The notes under the pieces: generated by a model | The model's database searches: none | The model's input: the letters and a program-made list of their open reading frames with translations, nothing else | What the model was told of the DNA's origin: nothing | Program-made: the position numbers and the translations under genes | NCBI RefSeq assembly: GCF_018977255.1 | Contig: NW_024704743.1 | Location: 59,088,001-59,152,000 of the forward strand | Direction: 5' to 3' | DNA: 64,000 nucleotides | From: Callorhinchus milii | Lineage: Eukaryota | Shown: positions 42,278 through 53,944 of the stretch, one piece after another | Numbering within the stretch: position 1 is the stretch's first letter | Layout of the letters: each line of letters opens with the position of its first letter

Positions 42278-43996
42278 GGCAATCCTGGCTGCCTGATCGG
42301 ACAACAGCAGAGCTTTTGGGTACTACAAACATGTCTACCTCTGGAACTGGGCTGCAGAATCCACCTCAGAGGGTTGATTCAATTCCACAATTCTTATGCA
42401 AGCAAGTCACCTTGGAGCCAATTCAGCTCCAAGAAGACCCCTCCATTTACCTCTCCCTCCCCTGCCTCCTGAGGATAGTCACTGAATGGTCATTTGACAT
42501 CAATAAGCACAGGTCTGAGCTCTCACTAGGCAGAGAGCAGGTATCAGGAACAGATTCATGGTGAGCAGCACAGCTCAGCATGAAATGAGATGATTGGCAC
42601 CATCTTCCTGCCCACATCTGACATACAACTTTACCTACTGAGCAATATGTCCGCCAGTTGAAACCATTGAAATAATAATCATTGCATTTGATACAACACC
42701 CTTCATATTGGGAGGATGTTTCAGTTGCTTCACAAGAGTTACTGTATAGAGATCCAGTTTCAATCCTCTGTGCCTATGAATGTCGCATTTAAAAAAAAAC
42801 ATGAAGTGAAAAAGCTTACAGAATATAAACAGAACCCAGCTACCGTCTTGCTCTGTGCTCACTGCAATTGTCTCATTTTGATCTCTATTCCTTGCATAAC
42901 AAGAAATTTGAGTGTATCTGCATGGGTGAAAATGCATTGATTGGTAAGTTTAAAAAGTTTAATTGGGTTATCCTTTATTTTTCCAGCCAGAATTCTTGAT
43001 TTCATCTTCAGTAGAATTGTCTGTTTCAATCACACTTGGAAGCTATTTTATTGATTTATGTCAATGGAAAGGAAGGATTTGATCTGTAATCATATTTATC
43101 AAGAAGCTATTCAAATATATAATTTTTAAATATCAATCTTCTCATCCTTTGCAAATTAAGTGTAAACTCCACTATTTGGATACCAACTCAACTTTAGTCA
43201 TTTAGAATGACACAGCTAAGCAATTTTGTAAAACTATGAATAGTTGTACCAAAATCAGGTACTCTTTTTTTGTATCTGTGTACTCTTTGTTGTCATCTCT
43301 AAACAGATTTGTCAAACAGCCGGTGGAATATCTTTTATATTGCTGCAGAGAAAACCATCAGTAAATGATCAGGTTATACCTCCATTCCCATTTACTGGCC
43401 AAACTCAATAGTGCAATTATCTATAAGAGAATCAGGAGTTTCACCTTAGAATTCTATGATAGATTTGTATGAATTGGCGTCAGTGAAGTTTTCTGGTCTG
43501 TGAAGCTATCTCATAGAAATAACTCAATAACATGAGATATCGTGTCTCCATTGGAATTGTATCTGCTTGCATTCAGTTACCTACCGAAAGATTCTGTAAA
43601 CATCCCTTAGGGAAGATCATTATAAGTTAGTCACCAGTCCAATCAATTCCTGAATTTTAAAAAAATTAAACCATTTCCTCCCTCTACTCTTTCTCAAACA
43701 CACGATTATAAAATTTTACAGTTGTAAAAGATGGTTTCCTCTGCAGCAATACAACTCAATTAATGCAATACTAATTTTGCTACATTTTGTCATTGAAATA
43801 TATTTAGTTGAAATATCTCATGGGTTTACTGATATCGTCGCTAATGAGTCATTTTATCGTTAAGGTGCACAGTAAAATGCCAGGCACATACAACTGCACC
43901 AACATGCATTGGAATATATTTTACATTCCTATCATTGCTGCAGAGGAAACCATCAGTAAATGATCAGGTTATCCCTCCATTCCCATGTATTTGGGA

Positions 43997-44302
43997 GGAG
44001 TCCTGTAGTTCAGTGGTTAGAGCACTCGCCTTGCAAGCGAGAGACCTGGGTTCGATTCCCTGCAGGGCAAAACCTTGGGCAAGTTTCCTTACTCCAAATG
44101 CTTGATAATAATCCTTCAAGAAAAAAAATAAGAAATTGGTCACTTCAATTCACGACTGCCTGTGGGACACTGCTGTGCGCAATTGGCTGCCGCGTTTCGC
44201 CCACAAATATACAGTCAATTCACTTTACAGTAAATATTGCAAAGCGCTTTGAGATGTCTAGACGTGAAAAGCGCTATATCAAATGCAAGGATTATTATTA
44301 TA
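43997..44302 (+). mobile_element. Full-length tRNA-derived SINE with L2-type 3' tail and (ATT)n end
   Basis: A box TAGTTCAGTGG, B box GGTTCGATTCC, cloverleaf-like head, shared body GGGACACTGCTGTGCGCAATTGGCTGCC, tail AAATGCAAGGATTATTATT; many copies in the window. Confidence 0.9.
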
Positions 44303-45810
44303 ATATTATTTATTGCTACTGGAGAAGCATTGGCTGGCATATTTCTGTCGACTGCTGCAAATGAATGTCACTGAAGAACAAAATGTATGATCTGAACATA
44401 AATATATAGGAACTTTTGCATATAGATTGGCAAATTAATAACGCTGAAATTGAATCTGTGCTTTTAGTTCCTTAGGCATTCATCTTGAGGAAGTCTATGA
44501 TGCATTACACCCATTATATACTGCATGTCTTAACCAGACCTGCATTGAAATAAAATTGGATTCTGGGTTTCAGATTTATTGCAGCAGGTTACTGATTTGC
44601 ATGTGTTTACGGATTGGCATAATTACCCATAATTTGAACTTTTAACACCCATGGAATCAGCAAAATAGTATTCAAATATAAATAAGGAACCTACAAAATA
44701 TGCCAGGTAATGCAGTATGCAGTGGCTTCAGGCTTACTACCAGAAGCCTACAGTGTATGGTTTAGAATACGTTCAGCCTGGCAGTTAATAAAACATGCTT
44801 CAGTGTTCAGCTACAATGTTGTTTTGGTAAGGCAGAGGCACTTGGGCAGAAATGGATGTGAGGACTAGGGTATTCTTAAATATAGCAGTGGAGACTAAGA
44901 GATAAATATTAAAATCACTTGAGTGACAGAAAGTCATTGTTTTTGTCTATCAAATACAAGAACATAAGGTACGAAACAAGAAAATAAATTTCAGTTATCA
45001 AACCTATTCCTTCTAATAGATCATGTATAATTTGCACTATAAAGGACTCTTCTCAGTGAATCAATGGATTACTCCCACAAATTAACCACTTAATGTGAAG
45101 TCTAGCATATAAATCATTATGTCACACTAAGTCTAGGAGTGACAAATGTATTAGTTAAAATGCCATTTTAGACATACTTGCAAATTTAATACCTTAAAAA
45201 CTGTATATTCATTTTAATTCAGATGATCATTAAATGCACATTACAGATATATGGTTTGTGATAATTCAAGCTATGCTGCAATAGTCGTGCCTGTGGACTA
45301 ATTTTCAATGGTTTCATGCAAAGCATTACCTACAACATAAACAATCACTATACTTCACAGTAAATTCTGTGAAGCGCTGAAGACATCCTCCTTACATGAA
45401 AGGTGTTATTTCAAACACAAGGATTATCATCTCTGAATGTTGACCTTATCAACCAACTAAATTGCAGGATGTTTCATGCCATTTCCTGCGTGCTTCACAT
45501 GTGCAAAAGAAGATGTGACATCAGTAGTAATCTAATAACCCGGAAGTTGGTCATTTTAGCTTTCTGAGATGACATCCCTTCCTGTGCAGTAAAAAGGAAA
45601 TGATGTTAGCGGTGACCCAACGAACAGCAAATCAGCCATTTTACTGTTAGTGCAGGAACTGGACAGCAGCATTACCAACTCCTATCACACCTTCCAAACA
45701 CTATGTTATAACAAGGCTCCACTATATTTGTACCACCATCTACAGAGTGTTTTTTCAAAATCAATGAGGTCTGAAAGGACTACTTCATCTCCCTCAACTC
45801 CTCCATCAGT

Positions 45811-46127
45811 GGAGTCCTGTAGCTCAGTGGTTAGAGCACTCGCTTTGCAAGTGAGAGACCTGAGTTCAATTCTAGGCACAGGGCGAAACCTTGGGCAAGT
45901 TTCCTTACCCCACACACCTAATAATAATCCCTCCAAAACCAAAAACAATAATAAATTGGTCATTTTCAATCTACGCCTGTTTGTGGGACATTGCTGTGCG
46001 CAATTGGCTGCCACGTTCGCCCACAAATATACAGTCAATTCACTTTACAGTATATTCTGTGAAGCGCTTTGGGACGTCCTCCCGACGTGAAAAGCGCTAT
46101 ATCAAATGCAAGGATTATTATTATTAT
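45811..46127 (+). mobile_element. Full-length tRNA-derived SINE, same family
   Basis: Colinear with 43997-44302. Confidence 0.9.
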
Positions 46128-47129
46128 CCCTCTCCAAGCCACCTACATCTCCCGCCACCCCTGGAAAAAAATCTCCCTCCACTCCTTCTCCGCTGCCCTA
46201 CATCTGAACTCCTCGTCACTGCTCAGAAACAAAAACGGTGGCTCGTAGCTATGACCTTGCTGTGTGCAAAATAGCCACAATTCCAGTTGATATTAATTTT
46301 TTGTGGCACTTTTGGTATTGCAAAGTTCTTACAGGCATCAACATCACGCACAAACAATGGTGGCGTGGAATGGGAGGTGGGGCGGGTGGTGTGGAGTCGC
46401 ACACTCAAAACCAATCAAGGACTGTGCATTTTTTCCCTCTTAATACCAAAAGCGCCATAAAAAATTATAGAAGTGATTCAAAGGGCTGATGCTTCAAATG
46501 GAATTGATATTATTTAATCCTCTGCATATGACTGTATAAATGTCTACAAGATCACATCTCATTTCATTTGTGTGCTTGCTTAGCGAATTCCAATATTTAT
46601 TCCAGTATTTATTTATGTTTGGTCTGGGTTCTATAATTTTGCTCTGGGATATATAATGAAGGATGAAAGATTAGATAGGTATTCTGGAAGCTTTCTTGAT
46701 TATTTTTGGCCAACAGACAAAAATGTTGCAGAAGCTATGCTCAGATTGATGATTTGGGTGAAACTCATGTTAGAATGGATTGTATTATATGATGAGCAGA
46801 CTTGATGAGATAACAATATTTCCTTTTATGTCCCTTCAATTTACACTGGGAATTTCTTGAAAAGCAATATTCTATATGTGAAATGTATATGACAGCAATA
46901 TGCAATACCACAGATTAAATTCCAATGTAAATTTTTAAAATTACATTTTTAATGAAGAAATCAGAGGAGCTAAATCCTATTTTTTGCATCAAAGGGCAAA
47001 GATTGGGAACTTTTGAAGTTTATGATTCTGCTGATATAACCAAGAGGAAATGTGAGTTGCATTACTCTATAGCAGTTTGTAAGCACAGTACACATAACAA
47101 AGTGGACCTATTAGTATTTTTGAAGTTTG

Positions 47130-47790
47130 TTATTCAATACAGCACCTTTCACATCAGAAAGATGTTTCAAAGCGCTTCAAAGGATTTACTGTGGAGTGCA
47201 ACGGTTGAATTTTTTAAGCAAACAAGGCAGCCAATTTGTGCAGAGCAATGCCCCATTAGTAAATGGCCAATTTTAACTGAGGGATTGTTGCCCAGGGTAA
47301 TGCTACCTTCTCTTTTCAAAGAATGCCATGGGATCTTGTAGCTCAGTGGTTAGAGCACTTGCTTCGCAAGCGAGAGACCTGGGTTCATTTGCTGGCAGGG
47401 TGAAACCATGGGCAAATTTCCTTACTCCACACGCCTGATAATAATCCCTCAAGACAAAACAACAATAATAAATTGGTCACTTCAATCCACCAGTTTGTGG
47501 GACACTGTTGTGCGCAATTGGCTGCCACATTTCGCCCACAAATATACAGTATATTCTGCGAAGCGCTTTGATACGCATAGAAGACGTGAAAAGCGTTATA
47601 TCAAATGCAAGGATTATTATTATCTTTAATATGTACTTGAACATTATATGTACTTGAACAGGCAGACAGGACCTCAGTTTAACGGTTTATCTGAATGAAG
47701 GTACCTCCAACAATGCAGCACTCCCCTTGGAGTGTACTGGAACGTCAGCCTACCTTGTTGCTATATAGCTACAACCTTAAGTCACAAGAG
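47130..47790 (-). mobile_element. Old Deu-domain SINE split by the younger SINE at 47338-47623
   Basis: GCCATGGGATCTT | ...GGCAGACAGGACCTCAGTTTAAC...CAATGCAGCACTCCC is colinear with the reverse Deu core across the insertion. Confidence 0.75.
47338..47623 (+). mobile_element. tRNA-derived SINE nested in an older SINE
   Basis: Colinear with 43997-44302; ATCTT on both sides. Confidence 0.88.
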
Positions 47791-48088
47791 TGCACTGACC
47801 CCTTTAAATTGTCTTGTAGTACAGATGCTGCAATTGTTTTAATCATCACATGGGCTTATGCAAATCTCGACACTTTCTGTAGGGGAAATAAGTTCCCAAG
47901 CAATGGGACTGTATGGAAATAACTTGGCAATAAATGGGCCTCCTGACCCTCAGAATTTGGCACTTCTGTGTAAGGAGGTCTAAAAATGGAAATTTACCAT
48001 AATGATACAAAACCTTTTGCTGGTAGCACAAATAAAAGAGTAAGTGATAATCAAAGAAAATCAAATATGGTAATGGAATTCTTAGCTC

Positions 48089-48198
48089 ATAATAATCCTT
48101 GCATTTGATATAGCGCCTTATCACATCGTCGAGACATCTCAAAGCATTTCACATAATATACTGTAAAGTGAACTGACTATATTTTGTGGGCGAAACAC
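48089..48198 (-). mobile_element. SINE 3' fragment
   Basis: Tail match. Confidence 0.8.
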
Positions 48199-48454
48199 AA
48201 CTTAATGAATAAGAAGGTTGCATTGTACGAGGGTCATAAAGCTGTTTCCTTAAAAAGGCTATAAAAAGAGAATAACAGCTCAGGGCATTGCTACCACATT
48301 ACAAAGAAATAGTATTGTACGAAAAAGCAATGATTCTTTGGAAAATGGCCATTTAACAGACCCTGGCCAAGTTCAAGTTTAACCTGATATGGAAGGGCAG
48401 CTGAGATATGCTTGAAAGCTACCTGATAATTTTGATGGACACTGTGTAGTGATT

Positions 48455-48563
48455 AATAATAATAATCATTTGAGATAGCGCCTTATCATGTCTTCGAGAC
48501 ATCTCAAAGTACTTCACAGAACATACTGTAAAGTGAATTGACTATATATTTTGTGGGTGAAAT
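48455..48563 (-). mobile_element. SINE 3' fragment
   Basis: Tail match. Confidence 0.75.
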
Positions 48564-49129
48564 GATTAAGTAGAGAAAACAGAGAATGGTTGTGCATTTG
48601 TCCACAATTTAATCTGACCCCCTTTCGCTTTCTACAGTATGAACATGGCTTCATACAGCAAGTCATTAAATGGCCACGGTATAAATGTTTTGATGGACAG
48701 TAGATAACAAATTGCCCCATTGTCTAATTTATTCCACAACTGCTTGTATTAGTAATAATATTAATTTACTCTTCACAAAAGATTACTATACAATTCTGCT
48801 ATAAGTAGGTGGGAGCCAATGCAGTTTGTGGGAGGAAATCAGCAATTCAATTGGACTTTTTCAAAGAAATGACAGAAATGCTAGACAAATGCAATTTGGT
48901 TGCAAAAGTGATGTGTACCAAATATCCCAAACAAATCCAGCAGTTTACAAAATTGAATGGTCTGTGACATACAATATGTGCAATCCTCAACCCCTAAAAG
49001 GTTAAAAACTGTTGGAAACCACATTTTCTTTGGGCTGAATGACTCATTTGTGCAGTAACATTCTATGTGACTTGAATTTGTGAGCACCGGCTTTTGGACT
49101 GGTCTGTGCGGATATCTACAAAGATTTAC

Positions 49130-49400
49130 AAAGAACGTACAGTACAGAAACAAGTCGTTGGACCCAACCAGCCTGTGGTAGTAATGCAAAGTATAGTAAT
49201 ATTTATATTCCACACAAATCTCCACCTACTCCTTACTATCTCCAATGCCCTTCTTTCCCCTCTCCATCATGTGAAAGTCTTGCTTCCTCTTGAATGCATC
49301 TACACTATCTGATCCAACCAGCATTTCAGGCAGCAAGTTCCACAATATCACTACCCTCTCCATGAAGTATTTTCCCCTAAATTCTCTTTTAGATCTGTAT
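49130..49400 (-). mobile_element. CR1-like LINE 3' fragment
   Basis: ORF 49226..49432, FRGKYFMERVVILWNLLP...SVDAFKRK, resembles the CR1 ORF2 C-terminus. Confidence 0.7.
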
Positions 49401-49871
49401 ATTTCTAAGACAAATATCATGACATGGCACAATGTAATTTAAAGACTTTCCAGATGAGCAGATATACACCCTTGTTTTTCAGAATGCTATTAAAAATCCT
49501 GCAATGTATTTAAAACTACTCAGTTTTTGTACTACTTCATCTTCAGTCTTACAAAAAGGTAATTTCTCTAGTTTAAAAATGGCACTGATAGTCTAGCAGG
49601 GAGCCTTAAATATTGTAATATTGTGACATTCCAAAGCTTAAAAATTATCAATTGATTTTGAGTTACAATTCAATATATGTTTACTGGTGATACTGGGGGT
49701 CTTAAAACAAAATAGAATCCTTGCTTCTAAGGATTACCAGACAGAAATATTTAATACATCCAACTTTAATTTCAAAAATGTTTTCAACGACTTTTATGCA
49801 ATAAAAAAACAGAAATTAATAAACCTCTACTAGTCATAGTCATCTATCATATGTTTTGACCAAACCCAGAT

Positions 49872-50308
49872 ACAACAACAACAAGATTCCATTTATAGAG
49901 CGCCTTTCACGTCGGGAGGACGTCCCAAGGCGCTGTACAGTTGGGTCATGACCCGAGCAGGGGGGAAATGGTCAGGGTGAGGGGAGGGAAGGGAGGGAGC
50001 GAGGAGGGGGGAAATGGTCAGGGTGAGGGGAGGAAAGGGAGGGAGCGAGGAGGGGGAAGAGAGTCGAGAGGGGAGCTGAAGGCACGGTCAAAGAGAAAGG
50101 TCTTGAGACCGGCCTTGAAGGAGGAAAGGGAGGAGGCGGCGAAGGCACTGGGGGATGGAGTTCCAGAGCCTCGGGGCTGAGAGGCTGAAGGCCCGACCAC
50201 CGATGGTAGGGCGGTTGGGGCGGGGGACGTGGAGCAGACCGGAGCCAGAGGAACGGAGGGTACGGACAGGTAGGTAGGGGGATAGGAGGTCAGAGAGGTA
50301 GGATGGGG
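49872..50308 (-). mobile_element. L2 LINE 3' end, same subfamily as 24736-25306, with an internal tandem duplication of about 45 bp
   Basis: Near-identical reverse complement; GGGGAAATGGTCAGGGTGAGGGGAGG occurs twice. Confidence 0.92.
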
Positions 50309-51111
50309 ATAAAATGGATTAGAAGCCTAGTGAGTATGATATACACAAACGGAAATGCTGTTTATTTTGCAGAACCAAGAAATAATTACTCAAACATAGC
50401 CAACACTTCAACAAATTAACTTTATATTAATTAAAACATTTTAAAAATTAGATGAAGCAACAAAGTCCATAGTGCAGGATTTCAACCAGGCTGAAAATGT
50501 GAGAATATACTATCAATATCAAGTTACATAATGGAGAAGCTGAAGTATTTAAAAATACATAAATAATGGTAATATGAACTTTGAGTTTATATTTCTAAAG
50601 GGCATTTTTTGAAAGAGGTTATTATGAGGGAGAAAACCACAAGCCAAATGGTTTCCTATAACTGCAACTTGGTGATTCTACTGGATTTTTAACTGTAATT
50701 CTAGTGGCGTATGTTGCTACTGTACATATAGACCATGCACCTGAAAAATCCTTGTACTACTAGTTACACAATTCTAGAAAATGTCTAAAACTTTGGAGTT
50801 ATGTTCAGATACTTAAGATCTATTAAAGACAGTTTTTTTTAAATCGACAAAACAAAACCCTCGGTATTTTGTTTCTTTCCTCTCAGGGGAGAAATGTTGG
50901 ATCAAAAAACAGAAGTAAATGGGGGAAATTTGAAAAAAAAGCAGAGTAAATTCAGTGAAATAACTTCAGGATTTATATTGGCACATCAGTAACAAAAAAA
51001 TCCAAATACTAATCAAACAGTCTTTTATTGATGAACCCAATTATTGGTACAATAGAAAGCTGATTATCCACACCAATTGTTCAGGAAGCAAACAGGGCTG
51101 ATAAATCAATA

Positions 51112-51948
51112 CAGTGAAACTCTGATTACTTATCACTTGAAATAGCTCAAATGACGACTTATCAGAGTTGCTGAGTTATCCAAAGTATCATTGAAGTTAG
51201 TCATACTGTATATGGGCTTCCCTGTAGCAGTACTTTATTTAATAATAGCATGGTCTCTTATACATAAACATCATGCAATATGCATATACACTTGTATTAG
51301 ACACTGATTTTAAAAAACAATACAATGGTATTAGATACTTAAATTAATATAAAATTACATATTGTTATTCCCCGATCAAACACCCGTGTGGGTACTTGAA
51401 TCACAGCAGGAAAGAAGGTTCTTTACATTTCTGTATTCAAAATGCTTGCATAAGTTATTAAGACATTTAGCAAATACACGAATGCAAGAAACTGAATAAC
51501 AGAGACGCATATATGATACTGTTACAATAATTGGTATACATTAAGTGTACTGATACATAAACTGCAAGCAAGCTGATAACACAATGAATAGCAAAATTGA
51601 CCACTGACACAAAATAATCTTATCATTAAATGTAATCCTCAGCATTTATACTTTGTTGCAATTGCAGATTTGACTAGTTATCAGAGGTATTTTACATGGA
51701 AACACTGTCTTAAAACCTGACAAATTATGAGATATCTAGGGCATCCAGTTATCAGAGAATCAAAATTAACATTTTAAATTAACAAATTAACATTGCTTAT
51801 GGGAGATAGCTGGGATATTGAGTGAGTGGCGAGTTACCAGCGCCTTGGGACGTCCGCCTGACTTGAAAGTCGCTGTACAAATGTAATCTTGTTGTTGTTG
51901 TTATCTGGGGTTGACAACTTATCCCGTGGCAAGTTATCAGTTTCACTG
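51112..51948. mobile_element. Non-autonomous Tc1/mariner-superfamily (Tigger/pogo-like) DNA transposon, about 840 bp
   Basis: TA|CAGTGAAACTCTGATTACTT ... AAGTTATCAGTTTCACTG|TA: terminal inverted repeats with TA flanks; repeated subterminal (A/C)TTATCAGAG-type motifs. Confidence 0.8.
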
Positions 51949-52054
51949 TATTACACAAAATACAAATTGCTACTGTGCTGACTAAAATGTGATTCTAGCA
52001 GTTTATATTGGCTCTGAAGTACCACATTTTGCCAACTCATAGATTACAATAAAT

Positions 52055-52440
52055 GCAATCCTTACATTTGATATAGCACCTAATTCACACAAGATATTTT
52101 AAAGTGCTTCACAGGATACACTATAATGATACAGCATGAAGGGGGAGAGCCTCTGATCTTCGTAGATGAATGCAGCAGCCAAATTTGTGCACAGAAACAA
52201 CCCACCCAGACAGCCATCAAGTTGAGTGATCAATTTTATATAGGGGGACATTAGGGGAAAACCACCTTCTCCTTTTCAATAGTGCTATGGGATCACTAAG
52301 ATCCAGGTGGATGGGATTTCAGTTTAACATCTTATCTGAAGAACGGCACCACCAACAATGCAGCAACCCCCAGCACCTCATTTTAGTATCAGCACAGACG
52401 AAACAAGTTCCAAGTCCTAATGCGGGTCTCGAACACACAA
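52055..52440 (-). mobile_element. Old Deu-domain SINE
   Basis: AATAGTGCTATGGGATC...GTTTAACATCTTATCTGAAGAACGGCACCACCAACAATGCAGCA. Confidence 0.65.
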
Positions 52441-52504
52441 TCGGCTGAATCAAAGGCGTACATGAATAATGGATTCAATGCGGTGAGTAGTCACATTCCC
52501 CAAA

Positions 52505-52715
52505 TGTTTCCCTACTCCACACGCTTGATAATAATCCCTCAACAAAAAAAATAATAAGTTAGTCACTTCAATTCATGACTTTCGTGGGTCGCTGCTGTGC
52601 AGAATTGAATGCCACAAATATACGGTCAATCCACTTTACAGTATGTTCTGTGAAGTACATTGAGACGTCCAGAAGATGTGAAAAGTGCTATATCAAATTC
52701 AAGGATTATTATTAT
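52505..52715 (+). mobile_element. 5'-truncated SINE
   Basis: Body from TTTCCCTACTCCACACG to the (ATT)n tail. Confidence 0.8.
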
Positions 52716-53944
52716 AAAAACAATGCATGTACAGCACTGAAACTCGCCAGTTATTTCAGGATTAGATCAAATTCAGAGGAAAAAAGATTTATTCATTGAC
52801 TTTCAACAAAAATGGGGGTATTTTTCCGTGAAAAAAATCAGTAAATAATGACTACTCATCCTTTTATACACACTACACGGTGATTTAGAAAAGGGAGGAC
52901 TTGTGCTCCACATAGTGGAAACATGGTAAAACGCAACTTGTCCAATAATTCCTGGACAGGGAAGGAAATTAGATTGGGCAAGTGAAAACATTTGAAACCA
53001 TCACGGCTCACATTCCTTCCTCCTGATAACTAGTCACTCCAAGGAAAAAGGGCTCAGTGACAAGTTATCCAAAGTGGTGAGAACGGTATATATATTATAA
53101 ATATATATATAGACATAAAAAAACCACATAATTAATGCGGTCAGAATGATGACTTAATGGGTAGTTACTAGTTAAGCTTTCTTGCAACCTCACCAAGATA
53201 GTTGTTTTTAACATGGGCTGACGAGGATACTAACTGCCTGCTTCCACCTCGCAGTAATTCAGTCTCCAACCACTATACCGCACAGCAGCAGCCATAATTC
53301 GGAGCTCATTGTGAATATTGCAGAAATTCAGAAATTTGATTGAAAAAAAATTAAATAACTTGTTTAACATTACAATTTTGTAAAATTTATAAAACATCCT
53401 AGATTAAAAACGCAATGCCCACTTATAGTTGGTGCAGAAATCAACAAGTAGATGAACATATTCTGCTGAGGGCACACAACAGCCTTTCATGCGATGTGAT
53501 CGTACAATTCAATAGCATTAAAAAAAATCTCAGAGGAAAACCTCACTAGATTTATAACAATAGACCTAAACCAAGTCTGCACATGTCCAGCATGTAAAAG
53601 GCATTAATGCAGCTACATTCTCCAGTCATTTCAGCTTTCTGATAACTGGAACATCATGCTACAATGCAAAAGTAACAGCATTCCCTCGTCATTTTGGTTT
53701 TTTGCTAAGTGTAATAATAAACATTTGTTATCAAGCTACAAGAACTTCACTTTAACAACTGGCACAAGTTATGTCGAGTTTGCACGCAGTACTGATTACA
53801 GATAAGCACAGAATTCCTATGGGAATAAGCACTTGAATGGAGAAAATAGGCTTCTAAGAATTACACACAAGAAATCAAAAGCAAATAATCTATAAATGTT
53901 CCCTGGGGAATGAGTTGCAAGGTTGTAATTTAATAGATGCCCTA

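Noticed and set aside
43339..43391. Intronic C/D snoRNA in the duplicated unit
   Set aside because: No proper RUGAUGA box C with a terminal stem on the UMAD1 sense strand.
43997..44070. tRNA-like cloverleaf with TGC anticodon (also at 45811, 47338 and about 26065-26137)
   Set aside because: Each is the head of a SINE followed by body and tail; the anticodon position varies between copies (TGC, CAC, CGC). Not a tRNA gene.
43960..44364. Recurrent short ORFs ending [10 protein letters not shown]
   Set aside because: Translations of the SINE tail, not a peptide family.
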